The notes below the pieces were generated by a model. That model made no database searches and was not told the origin of the DNA. It worked only from the letters and a program-made list of their open reading frames with translations. This document shows positions 40,252-53,070 of a DNA stretch of 64,000 bases, one piece after another. The translations under genes and the position numbers were made by a program. The number at the start of each line of letters is the position of its first letter. Positions within the stretch are counted from its first letter, which is position 1. The stretch is from Antedon mediterranea (taxonomy: Eukaryota > Animalia > Echinodermata), in contig NC_092673.1 in assembly GCF_964355755.1 (NCBI RefSeq), positions 11,876,948 through 11,940,947 of the forward strand, read 5' to 3'.

Positions 40252-43200
40252 TAGTAGAGCAGTTAACGCCATAAAAATAGCCAAGTTGTGCACTTTATTA
40301 CCAAAGCATGAAACTTTCCACAAAGTTTCTTTGATGTATATAGATTCAAAATATGGGGGGGGGGGGGGTGCCAAGTGTCCAACGTCCGGTATGGCGGCCA
40401 TCTTGATTTCAAAATGGCCACCATAAAAACAAAAAGTCTTCATATCTTGGCAACTATAAACAGTAGAGACTTGATTCTGGTGTTAAATGGTTCACAGACC
40501 ACATATTTCTATTTGCTCTAATGAAAAGTTTCGTCCAAAAATGACCGGAAATTACATTTCTTCCAGTTTGACCTTTGACCTCTTATCTGTATATCTCAGT
40601 AACTACTGATCATTTTCAATCGATTTTGGTGTCATTTTGTTCTGAATAGAGACATTTATATTTGTAGTAATGAAACATTTTCACATAAAATGACTGGAAA
40701 TACAATTTATAACCTTTGACATATATAATTATGTAAACATACTGTATGTGGTTTAATTGGTATAAATGCACCTAATTTCTTAACCGAAATAAATGACACG
40801 GAATTATTATTCTGAATTTTTAACTTTTGATGTGATAGGATAGGCATAAAGTATGACAGATCACTGAGCTCATCTATGCCGACTTGTTTGCTAAACTGTG
40901 ATGTGTCAATCGTTTTTTCGTTGCATCTAAAAAAATGTACTCCATTTTTATGGTAAAGGGCCTTTGCTGTAAACCTTTCATCTGAATCCTTTTCCTCGAT
41001 TTTCTCTAGTCATTGATTTTTTAGCAAAGTCCGAACTAAATCAATTCGTAAAAGACATCTCAATATAATTATTCAAGTAATCCTCAAATTAGTGACATGG
41101 ACCTACAATATACTGTTCTGTACAAGACCTGTTTAGGCATCCACCTGTGGACTTTCACTTTAAAGGTGTTGGTTTCCTAATCATACAAGAAACAATGTCT
41201 AATTTAATCAATCAAAGTAGTGGGTCCAGACAAAGAAGGGGGTGTAAGACCATCCACAGACAAAGAAGGGGTTGTAAGACCATCCACATACAAAGAAGAG
41301 GGTATAAGACCATCCACAGACAAAGAAGGGGGATTTAAGACCATCCACAGACAAAGAAGGGGGTGTAAGACCATCCACACACAAAGAAGGAGGTATAAGA
41401 CCATCCACAGACAAAGAAAGGGGTGTAAGGCCATCTACAGACAAAGAAGGGGGTGTAGGACCGTCCACAGACAAAGAAGGGGGTATAAGACCATCCACTG
41501 ACAAAAAAAAGGGGTATAGGACCATCCACAGACAAAGAAGGGGGCGTAGGACCGTCCACAGACAAAGAAGGGGGTGCAAGACCATCCACTGACAAAGAAA
41601 GGGGTATAGGACCACTTACAGACAAAGAAGAGGGTATAAGACCATCCACAGACAAAGAAGGGGTGTAGGACCATCCACAGACAAAGACAGGGGTGTAGGA
41701 CCATCCACAGACAAAGAAGGGGAGAAGACCATCCACAGAAAAAGAAGGGGATATAAGACCATCCACAGACAAAGAAGGGGGGTATAAGACCATCCACAGA
41801 CAAAGAAATAAGAGGAAAGACCATCCACAGACAAAGAAGGGGGCGCAAGACCATCCACAGACAAATTAAAGGAGTGAACGAACATCCACACACAAAGAAA
41901 GGGGTGTAAGACCATCCACATACAAAAAAGGGGTGTAATACCATCAACAGACAAAGAAAGGGGTGTAATACCATCAACAGACAAAGAAGGGGGTATAAGA
42001 TCATACACAGGCACAGAAGGGGGTATAAGACCGTCCACAGAAAAAGAAAGGGGTGTAAGACCATCCACAGACAAAGAAGGGAGTGTAGGACCGTCCACAG
42101 ACAAAGAAGGGGGTGTAAGACCATCCACCACTGACAAAGAAAGGGGTATAGGACCACTTACAGACAAAGAAGGGTATAAGACCATTCACAGACAAAAAAA
42201 GGAGGTGTATGACCATCCACAGACAAAGAAGGGGTGTCGGACCATCCACAGACAAGGAAGGGGATGTAAGACCACCCACAGACAAAGAAGGGGTGTAAGA
42301 CCATCCACATACAAAGAAGGGAATATAAGACCATCTACAGACAAAGACAGGGTGTAAGACCATCCACACACAAAGAAAGGGGTTTAATACCATCAACGGA
42401 CAAAGAAAGGGGTGTAATACCATCAACAGACACAGAAGGGGGTATAAGACCATCCACAGACAAAGAAAGGGGTATAAGACCGTCCACAGACAAAGAAAGG
42501 GGTGTAAGACCATCCACAGACAAAGAAGGGTGCATAAGACTATCCACAGACAAAGAAGCGGGTGTAGGACCATCCACAGAAAAAGAAGGGGGTGAAGGAC
42601 CATCCACAGACAAAGAAGGGAGTGTAAGACCATCTACAGACAAAGAAATGGGTGTAAGACCATCCACACACAAAGAAAGGGGTGTAATAATACCTTCAAC
42701 AGACACAGAAGGGGGTATAAGACCATCCACAGACAACGAATGGGGTATAAGACCATCTACAGACAAAGAAGGAGGGTTAGGACCATATTAACCCAGGAAG
42801 CATACGAAAATAAGATGCAATCAAAATAGGCCTACCACTTGGAAAACAATACATTGTAGAATAATAGAAAGGGTTCTTTGTAAGGTCATTAATAATATAT
42901 TGATATAAACACGATCATCATACTATTCATTTGACATTCAAATACAGTCTGTCTCGAAAAGAAGCTCATACTATCACCTTTTCGAGGTTTTACGGTATTC
43001 AATAACATGTATGTTATTTCCTCTGTCAAACTATTAAAACTTTTAGCGAATCAGAAGGTGCCAACATCATTGAACTAATGGTACCACCAAGCACAATGTT
43101 TACCAATTTTATGTACTATATACAATTGAAGTCCATTAATCATTTAATATAATTACGCCTACAAGGTCAAAGTTCAAAATTAGGTGCACTTTAGACCAAC

Positions 43201-43699
43201 AAAAACCACATACAGTGTATTCACATAATTAAAAATCAATAAATTAATGTCAAAGGTCATAAATTGTATTTCCGGTCATTTTATGTGAAAATGTTTCATT
43301 ACTACAAATATAAATGTATTATTCTGAACAAAATGACACCAAAATCGATTGAAAATGACCAGTAGTTACAGAGATATACAAATACAAGGTCAAAGGTCAA
43401 ACTGTAAGACACGTCATTTCCGGTCATTTTTGGACGAAACTTTTCATTAGAGCAAATAGAAATATATAGTTTGTGAACAATTTGAGACCAGAATTAAGTC
43501 TCTAATGTGTATAGTTGCCAAGATATGAACATTTTTTGTTTTTATGGTGGCCATTTTGAAATCAAGATGGCCGCCATACCGGACGTTGGACACTTGGCAC
43601 CCCCCGATATTTTGAATCTATATACATCAAAGAAACTTTGTGCCAAGTTTCATGCTTTGGTAATAAAATGCACAGCTCATGTCATTAACTGCTCTACTA
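40252..43699. mobile_element. Non-autonomous Academ-like DNA transposon with about 530-bp TIRs
   Basis: Termini tagtagagcagttaa / ttaactgctctacta; TSD tca. TIRs extend to about 40790 and from about 43170. Removing the element restores the LINE frame ...YTELM-SSAIEQ. TAG..CTA ends, 3-bp TSD and long TIRs fit Academ as recalled. Confidence 0.8.
41226..42787. repeat. About 30-bp purine-skewed minisatellite (roughly 50 copies) inside the Academ-like element
   Basis: Consensus agaccatccacagacaaagaagggggtgta with many point variants. Confidence 0.95.
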
Positions 43700-44108
43700 T
43701 CATAAGTTCGGTGTAGCGAGAGTCCTTATCAGGTGGACGGTAGATAACGCCAACAATTAGTTTCTTTCTCCGAGAGGCTTGAATTTCCACAAAAATTGCT
43801 TCTAAGTTATGACAGTTCACGATGTCAAGTCTCTTGGATTGAAAATCATCAGACACAAGGAGCAAGACACCACCTCCTCTTCTTCCATCGTCTCGGTCCC
43901 TTCTATGTAAATGAAATCCAGGAACTGCCAGTTCGGCATCTAATATAGTGTCATTTAACCAGGTTTCGCATAAGCCCACTATTTGGAATTTGTTAGCTAA
44001 TAGATGACTAACAAGTTCAGTTTTGTAACAGGTTACCTTATTCTTTAGGCTGCGAATAATCTGGTAGTACACGTTGAGATGATGTTCAGATTGATCAAAC
44101 GAATTAGT

Positions 44109-44150
44109 TGGTCCTGGATTAGGCTCCACATCGCCGCTTAACAACAGCAT
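44109..44150 (-). other. 2A-like ribosome-skipping (StopGo) motif MLLLSGDVEPNPG|P
   Basis: Exact D(V/I)ExNPGP consensus, in frame immediately upstream of the LINE endonuclease domain. Confidence 0.8.
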
Positions 44151-44974
44151 AGTAAATGTTGCCACAGAATTGTCGTAGTATAAACGGGGAGAACTGTATT
44201 TATTCCGCCTGGGTAACACGAACGTTGCTCCGCCGTGGCTGGAACGACTGGTTGAAATAATATAAAGATCAGTCCAGCCGGCAGTTAGCGACACATCATG
44301 GTCTCGCGAATAAAAGACTACATCGCATTGATCAAAGCACGAACGCACAAACTGATCACCACCGGTATGAATTTCATGATCACAACTTTAGTACGTCATG
44401 AATTTTTGTGAATCTATATTTTAAATAGTTTAGATCGGTCATATTTATAATTAATTTAATAAGTTATTGAATTCATCTTTTTTAGTGGGTTGTGTAATTG
44501 TAACACAAAGAAATATCATTTTAATGACGACAGAACCAACTGCTCACGACGGTTGTCATTTTTTTAAATTATTTGTTTAAATTAATATTATTACTATTAT
44601 TACTATTTTAGTATTAGCTATTATTATTATTATTATAATTATTATTATTATTATCTAAGTATTAGTTAATTATTACTGTTATTATTATTTATTATTATTA
44701 TTTTTATTATCATTTTTTGTTTTGTTTAGATTAAACCTTAGGACAACCCATGTAATTTAGATACCGTAGCTAGAACGGTCATATTTTTTAAATTACTGCT
44801 CTAACAGAGGTGAGTTTAAATAAGTTATTATACACTATTAATTTCTCAAAAAATTTCATCTGATTTCAATGGATATTAAATAAATACAGATTAACTTTTA
44901 GTTAAACCAGTTGACAAGTACTTACTTGCTACGTTTCAGCTACTTTCAGTAGCCTTGTTCACGCAATCATCATC

Positions 44975-46481
44975 ATGATCATGAACACCCCCGATTACAA
45001 ACGGAAGGTAAACACCATGATGGAAGATGGGGATGTGTACGAAAAACTTAAAAAGGATCCTACAAAGAAATACAAGAGAAACCTTGTGGAAATCCTAAAC
45101 AGATTACTAGAAGAAAAGAAAATAACATATCAATGGAAAACCAAACTCTTCCCCACTGCAGAAATCATCCCACGATTGCACACCTAAAATCCACAAACAG
45201 AACAGTCCATTACGCCCAATCGTAGACAATATTAACACAATATACTATGAAGTCTCCAAATTGCTCTCAAAATTATTATCACCGTTGGTTGGAAACACAG
45301 AATTCCATGTGGAAAATTCTAAACAATTAGCAGTCGACATAAAAGCACTGAACAACATAGACATGGGAAAACACGCACTTGTATCCTTTGATGTTATATC
45401 GCTATTCACAAAGACACCTATAAAACCAACAATCAACATAACACACAACACTTTACTGAAAGAAACCAAGATTCTGGAACAAGTCCAAAGAAAATTAAAC
45501 ACTAATTTGAAAACGGAGGACATCATGGAGCTGTTAAGCCTAGTTCTTAACACAACATATTTCACATTTAATGGTGATATTTACAGACAAAAAGGGGGAA
45601 TGGCAATGGGCAGTCCTGTCAGCCCCATAATGGCAAATATATTCATGGAAGACTTGGAACAACGTGCCACAGAAACAGCACCATCACATATCAAACCGAT
45701 TTTCTGGCGCAGATATGTAGACGATGTCCTGGCAATTGTACCAATTGGATTTGAAGAAGAACTCCTCCAACATCTGAACACCATTGACCAGACAGGCCAA
45801 ATAAAATTCACCATGGAGAACATGAAAAACAACGCCATCCCTTTCCTCGATACTCTAATCACTATCCAAGACAATGGTAACATAAAAACATCAGTGTACA
45901 GAAAATCGACACACACAGACCAATACCTGCACTTTCAATCAAATCACCCACTCGAACATAAACTTAGCGTAGTCAACACCCTAGTGGACAGATGTGAATC
46001 CATCGTATCAACAGAAGAAGGACAAAAACAAGAAATGAGTCGTATAAAAGCAGCTTTATCAACATGCGGATATCCAGACTGGAGTTTTAAAAGAGTTAAA
46101 GACAAAAGGGAACATAGAAAAGCAAACAAAGACAAAGAAATAACAACAGATAAAGAAAAATCCAAAGTCAACATTGGTTTACCATATGTCGAAGGAATGA
46201 CTCAAAGGCTAAGAAGAACATTGAAACAGCACAATATAAATACATATATCACTCCCAAAAACAAATTAAGAGAAAGTCTCGTTCATCCTAAAGACAAGAT
46301 TGACAAAGATCAACAGTGTGGTATAGTCTACCAAGTAGGTTGCCACAACTGCAAGAAGGTATACATAGGGGAAACGGGCAGAGCATTAAAAACAAGAATA
46401 ATCGAACACAAAACAGACGTGGAAAAAAATACGGTAGGGACAAGAACCAGGAGCGCTCGCCAGTCACAATCTAAAATCTAA
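44975..46481 (+). mobile_element. Penelope-like retroelement (RT + GIY-YIG endonuclease), truncated at both ends
   Basis: PKIHK..PLRPIV, LVSFDVISLFT, YRQKGGMAMGSPVSP, WRRYVDD, VYRKSTHTDQYL and GIVYQVGCHNCKKVYIGETGRALKTRIIEH; frameshift near 45183. Confidence 0.92.
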
Positions 46482-46489
46482 AAAAATGA

Positions 46490-48670
46490 AGAGATAGATA
46501 ACTTTTATGCGACCTTAGACCAGGCCAAATCCCAATGCAAATCAGATGAGATAAATATCATCATGGGTGATCTGAATGCAAAGGTTGGCCATGGACAGGA
46601 TGGAAACACAGTTGGAGAGCATGGGATGGGTGAAAGAAATGAGCGTGGCGATAGATGGATGAACTGGTGTAAAGCTAAGGATATGACCATAACAAATACA
46701 TGGTTCAAAGAGCATCCCAGACGAATATACACATGGAAGAGCCCTGGTGATGTGACGAGGAATCAGATTGACTACATTGCAGTAAACAGTAGGTGTAAAA
46801 GGGCAGTGACTCATGCAAAAACGTATCCAGGGGCAGATTGTGGAAGTGACCACGTTCCAGTGGTTTGCAAACTTCAATCAAAGTTTTAAAAAGGTGAAGA
46901 AAGCCAAAAATGTACAGAAATTAGACTTTAAGCAGCTAAACAGTCCGAAGATGTGAAGAATAAGTTTGACATCCTTGTAGATGAAGATGAAGAGATTACG
47001 TGGGATACAATGAGAGACATCCTTGTTGAGACAGCCAAAGAATCCTTACCCAAGAAAGAGAGAAGAAGGAAGAACAAATGGGTGTCGGAAGAGATACTAT
47101 CAATGATGAGGGATAGACAGAAGATTAGTAGTAGATCAAGTAAAGAATATATATGCTGTAGAGTGTGAAAAACATCGTACAATCAGCCTCATGAGTCATG
47201 TCACCAAGATCATTCTGAGGATACTACTTATGAGAGCAAGAAGTAGATTAAAACCAGAGATTGGGAGTGAGCAGTTTGGTTTTGTAAAGGATTCAGGCAC
47301 CAGGAATGCCATCTTTGTGATAAGAATGATAACTGAAAGGGCAGTGGAGATGCAGAAAGATGTATACATGTGTTTCATAGACTACACCAAGGCATTTGAC
47401 AAAGTAAGGCATGAGCAGCTATTTCAAGAACTTAGCAAGCTTGACCTACATTGTTGCAAAATTTGTACTGGAAACAGACTGCATGCATGAGGGTAGATGG
47501 GGAGTGCAATGAATACACAAGTATTGGAAGAGGAGTAAGACAGGGCTGTGTAATGTTACCAGACTTGTTTAACTACTATAGCGAGTTGATCTTGAGGGAG
47601 CTAGAGAATGAGAAGGGTTTGAGAGTTTGTGGTAGAAATATTACAAACATCAGATATGCAGATGACACAGTTCTACTGGCAGAGTCAGCTGAAGATCTCC
47701 AAAGGTTGCTGGATGTGGTTGTAGTAGAGAGCGAAAAGATGGGTCTGTCTATAAATTTTAGTAAGACAGAGTGTTTAGTAGTGTCGAAAAAAGAGAGTCC
47801 AACGTGTAACCTTCGAGCAGGAGACCAGTTAATTCAGCAAGTGTCCTCTTTTAACTATCCTGGGAGCAAAATAACAGATGATGCCAGGTGCGTAACGGAG
47901 ATAACGAGAAGGATAGTCCTTGCGAAATCCGCATTTGGAGAAATGGAGAATATCTTGAAGAACTGTACGATGAGTATGGAAACCAGGTTGCGTGTATTAA
48001 ACTGCTATATCTATCCTGTGCTGATGTATGGAAGTGAAGCCTGGTCAATCACAACTGACCTCAGAAAAAGATTGGAAAGCTGTGAGAGGTGGTTTCTAAG
48101 GAGAATGTTTGAGGTAGCATTATTGATCTGGTCTTGTGCAATAACCCTGACATTGTATGTAATTTCAGAAGTCATCCCGGTCTCAGTACAAGTGACCACC
48201 TTGGGGTTTATTTTAATATTAACGCTAGACGCAGTAAAGTTAAACCTGTAGATAGATATTATTATCAATATAGTAAATGTGACCATGACGATCTTTTTAC
48301 AACGTTGGGGGCGGTTCCTTGGGTTCTGTGCCTGGAACAATCAGACTGTGAGGAAATGTGGAAACATTTTAAAGACCTCTTTCTCGCCACTATTGGTTAC
48401 CCGCAGGTGCTGATAGTACTTTTTTTCTGTTTTATTGAATGATGCCGTAACTTGTTTATGATTTTTTGTATGTTACCTGGAAATTGAATAAAATAAAATA
48501 AAATAAAAAATAAAAATGATGAGAATTCCATGGACAGATAGAGTTAGTAATGAAGATATATTGATAAGAGCTGGAGTGTGCAGGAAACTACTGAAGGATA
48601 TTAGGATTAGACAGATGAGATTCATGGGACATGTGTTGAGTAAGAGAGGTCTGGAGAACTTGGCAACCTG
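46490..48670 (+). mobile_element. RTE-clade LINE, 5'-truncated, internally deleted and frameshifted
   Basis: APE: IMGDLNAKVG, YTWKSPG, NQIDYI, DCGSDH; RT: EQFGF, FIDYTKAFDKV, GVRQGC, IRYADDTVL, YGSEAW; resumes as MRIPWTDRVSNE after 48515. Confidence 0.9.
48114..48514 (+). mobile_element. Short CR1-like insertion (endonuclease end fused to 3' tail) inside the RTE
   Basis: IDLVLCN..., TSDHLGVYF, YYQYSKCDHDDL...VPW resemble the 39.8-40.1 kb LINE segment; same (TAAAA)n tail; degenerate TSD aatgtttgag / aatgatgag. Confidence 0.7.
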
Positions 48671-51061
48671 AAAAACTGTAATTTAACAAAAAAAATTGAC
48701 TGGAAGTTAATTGGTTTTTAGTTGTATTTAACCGTTTATTTATATTATTATTATATACCGTTATGAATTTGATTAGTATCAATATTATTGTGTATAGAAC
48801 AACGGGGTTTCTTAGTCACTATATAACTTTACAGCTTTTTTAAATAGCGTTAATTGATGACATAAAATCTAGTAGAATTAACCATATCACATACCGGGAA
48901 ATTTAAAGACTTGAATTCAACCACGGTTTACTAAATAGTGATTTATTTGTTATGCATAACGTACTTATTTTCTCATTCCTCTGAGTTTTAACTTTACATT
49001 ATGCTTTTAGGATAAAATTATTAAATCGTTTTTAAGCATATTTTTAATGTACAATTCATTTTAGACCTAATATACATATTTGATAGACTTTTTAGTTATT
49101 AGACATTTAAGGGTAGATTTACTCACGTTTAAAGAAGAAAATAATCCTTTATTAATATTAGGCACACTCGGTGGGTATTGTTTTATTTATATCAGAAAAA
49201 ATATATATGTTTATTACAAACATGGTCATTCCTACCCAACGGGAGCTACTGTATGGCCCCAGGTCGCCACCTCGCTGTTGGATACGTATGGAATAAATAA
49301 ACACGAATTAAGTTGAAATACATTCTAAAACTTAGACTACATATATATATTTTATTGTATATATTGTGCTTATCAACGTTACGTAATAATATTGTTTACA
49401 AGTTACATTTCTAGTTTCCGGGCACCCAGCCTAACTTGAGAGGTTGAATCACAGTTAACACCACCTTTTCCTGTGTTCTATATCAGAATATTTATTTTAT
49501 GTTTTTCTTTATTACCGCTACAAAGTTATATAAAATCTTGTTATCTCAGTAACCATAACAAATGTTCGTAACTTGTTCTCTAAATAAATGTTTAAACAAT
49601 GTAAAGTACTGTTTTACGTGAATTACAATGTATTAGACCTACGGATTTAAAACTATATGCATTGCAAATTATTAATTTCATATCCTATTGGCATAGGTTT
49701 ACAGAATGAATCAAAATATGTTTTAACTTCCTTAGTTGCTCATCATAATATAGTTATTTGGAAGTTCAAATTTCAGTTCACTTATCCACGGAGGCCCAAC
49801 AACACATGGAAATTCCAGATATTATTATGGATCACTCTGCATGTTTATACTATTATGTTAGCGAGAGCACGCAGTACAATAATAGAAACAGAAACGAAGA
49901 ACATTTTCATCTTGATGAGTTACTTGTTGCCTTTACGTTGAGTAGTCTTCTGACTGCTCCCTGTGCTGCTTTGGTAAGGTTTCGGATGAGATCTTTCCAA
50001 GATGAACTATGTTGTGCGCTTTGTATTATGATGTAAAGTTCTTTAAAATTTAAATTTTAAATGTGTATGAAGAGAATAAATGTCGGATTTTAGAGTTGGT
50101 GGTATAAGGTAGGTGATAAGTACGGTATCAAAAATATAATTTTTCTTTTATAATATAGTTTTCTTCAGACCATATATGCCTAGATACTCTGCTATCCAAT
50201 GGTAACGAATGAAGTTTAAATTCGAGAAAACTCCTTCAAAATCTAATCTGTCGAATATATACTGTGTCCTTTAGTCAAACATAATCTGAGAAAGGTATCT
50301 TACTAACAATATTCTCTTTTCATTCATTTTTTAAATTCTTTTCTTTTTTTTATCAATTAAACTAAATGATTCAATTTTCAATTATGCTATTTTAACATAA
50401 ACATACACATATACTCACATGGACAAATGACATTCTCATTTGACACGTATTATAGTTAACAATAGAAATATTATGAAACTAATTAATGTTTTGTTGCAGA
50501 GTGGATTGGCGTCTTTATGGACCATCTTAGGTTATAATAAAAACCTTAAAAAAACTGTAAAACCATATCAAAGTATAAACAATGTATATATACAGCCATG
50601 GATGAGTGATGTGGGATGCTAAGGATAAATAATTCATTAAAAAACAAGACTTATAAAAAAAACATTTTCAATCACACAAATTGTAATATTTAGAAAAACA
50701 TATCTGAATTCATTACAAAAAAAATACAACGCTGCAACTCACAACCTGCTATGTTAATGAAGTTGAGGAAACAAAGCCTGGATATGATGACATTTCACTA
50801 AAAGTTGTAGGCCTAAAGAAGTAAGGTATAATATTTTAGCGCCGCTGACACATATTTTCATTTTTTTTCGTTTCAAACCTCTGGACACCAGAGAGAATTT
50901 CACAACTGGCTCCATTGCATTAACCGCCATTTGGCTTCAAAATCGTCCAATATCGCTATTGCCTATTTTTAGTCGCGTGCGTGCAATGATAAACACTAAC
51001 TTGAGTACGCGACTGCAGTCATGTATATGACCTTGTTGTTTATATATCGGTGTAATTATAC

Positions 51062-51112
51062 CTGAGACAACAATATGCAAAGAGATTGGCTGTTTGCATA
51101 TTGTTGTCTCAG
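51062..51112. repeat. Hairpin: perfect 20-bp stem, 11-nt loop
   Basis: ctgagacaacaatatgcaaa-gagattggctg-tttgcatattgttgtctcag. Confidence 0.9.
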
Positions 51113-52446
51113 ACGAAAATTAAACTGCTCAAACTATTGTTGTTCTATCAAACAGAAAAAGTAATGATAACATTATAGGATTTGCTCAATTTTTAAATTA
51201 TTCATTAGAAATTCCAAACCAAACTAGGGGTCTTTATTGTGTTTTATTGTGCAATTATCTGCTTCTTTATCAGTATCAACATCAAGCACAATCGTAAAGG
51301 TAGTTTTGAAAATAATTAAATATAATTGAAACGTCGACTTTTCAAAATATGTTTAATCTCTTTATTTGGAGTTACGGGCCTGGTTTGCCTATATGTTATG
51401 ATATTTGTAGAGAGAATGAAATCAATTTTAACCAGTATGAAAGTGATCACCATAAAAGACCGGGCATTGATCTGATTTTCGGAAATTAAAGAGACAGACT
51501 AATAATATGATAGTCATCATCCTGATGTCCTTCATTGATATAGAATAGAGGATGTAAGAAAATAACAAATTTAAAACAACTCGCACAAGACTTTAAATTG
51601 AAATAAAACGTAACAAGTTAGAGGTTTTAATTTTTTTCATTTACTATTAACATTAAATAAATCCTATCATCAATTATTAATAATCCGTATAAAAATGTAC
51701 TGTAAGTTATTTATGTTAAAAAAACTATAAAAAGAATTAATAAATAGTTAGGCCTATGTGAAAAAATTAAGCAAGCACATTTACTAGCTGGAATACCGCT
51801 CCAAATTAGAAGAATGTTCATAATTTGTTACATTCCAAAATTTCAAAATTGTAAATGTCCTACTCTTTAAACTTCATTCAAGAAACAAAACTTTTAAATG
51901 ACCTTTGTGGAGTGTTAGGTTTGTAAATTGTTGTACCTATCAACGTACCCCCAGTTGTGAACACGTGAGTACCGAAATAGGCTTGTCAGTTCGTAATCTT
52001 CAACAGTTGGGTCGTCGATGTTTCGAGAAAAGTTCTTCCGTGTTTGGAATGTTAACTGGATAAAAGAAGCTGTAATACTGGCCATACCATGTGGAACCTT
52101 ACAAATGCTTCTAAATACCTATAAACACAAGAAAATGCATTGAATATAATATTTAAATTATAATACACCTACAGTGTAGCGCCCGTAAAGTTCGCCGTCT
52201 ACTCCGCATCCAAAATCCGAGTAGTATTTTTTGTAATTTCATTTTGAAGCGGATTAATTGAATAAAAGTTTATCTTAGACCATGGTTATTTTACTCTCAT
52301 GACAACTCCCATTCAACTCATATGAATTATGTGTTTACTCCACAATAGAGCATTCACATGAGAAAATGATGAATACTGATTTTAAAGATATTACCTTCAT
52401 GATGGAAGGCATATTTCAACAGGACAAGAACGACAATTTCACTCAC

Positions 52447-52686
52447 CACATGATAGCAATTCTTGGCTCCATCCCGAGTCATAGCACCTAATGACAAGCG
52501 ACGTTACTGGATTACCAAAGCTTGATAAAACAGTATATCCCGGAGGACACCTAATGATCAGAATACTTCCAACGTCTAGGATAGTTCCTACTTTTGGTGT
52601 ATTTCCCACGTAACCACTGCCATACACAACCACGTTTGTGTTGTGTAATAAAGATATTCTGCAGTCCGATTCCATAGTTTCAAGAA
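52447..52686 (-). CDS. Exon R: long CCP 17
   Basis: LETMESDCRIS...IRCPPGYTVL...RCYDSGWSQELLSC; 240 nt; atag / gtgagt. Confidence 0.8.
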
Positions 52687-53070
52687 CTATTTAAATAATA
52701 TAAAAGTTACCGCATATGTCTATTGCTAATAGAATCTTAATTAAAATGTTTAAAACATATTAATTTAGTGTTCGTTTAAATGTATGTAAAGTAAAACAGG
52801 ATGTAACCTGAAAGGTTTGATTAGGCCTATACTATTCGTTTTCAATTAGCAGAGTTTACGCTGCTTCATTATGTCAATTTTCAATCTGGTTTTGTTGATG
52901 ACACATTATTCTATAACACTGCAGAAATTCAAATTATTTTGCCTTTACCAGCATCGTAATTGATTGGTGTTTTTTTTTTACTCAAAGAGCGACTGCGTAT
53001 TTTAAACAAGTAGCACACTGTTATAGTTTGAATTTCTCTATATAGGCCTATTCAATATTTGAATACGTAC

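Larger units (their letters stand above)
37990..44390 (-). mobile_element. CR1/L2-group LINE (2A-like peptide, AP endonuclease, RT), frameshifted and split by a DNA transposon
   Basis: APE motifs LCETWL, RRDR..RRGGGV, YRPP, GDFN, ILDLILCN, SDH; RT motifs NYRPISLL, QHGF, GVPQGSILGPLLF, LFADD, KDLGIIID, LVRPHLEYC; (TAAAA)n tail at about 37990-38020. Several frameshifts. The 5' boundary is approximate. Confidence 0.9.

Noticed and set aside
41147-42766. Many overlapping 60-240 aa ORFs
   Set aside because: Artefacts of a 30-bp stop-poor minisatellite; low-complexity translations in several frames.
45245-47378. Antisense ORFs over Penelope and RTE
   Set aside because: Shadow frames of the plus-strand TE ORFs.
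49905-50040. Minus-strand frame AQHSSSWKDLIRNL resembling a LINE C-terminus or an extra exon
   Set aside because: Short, no splice sites or linked RT motifs.
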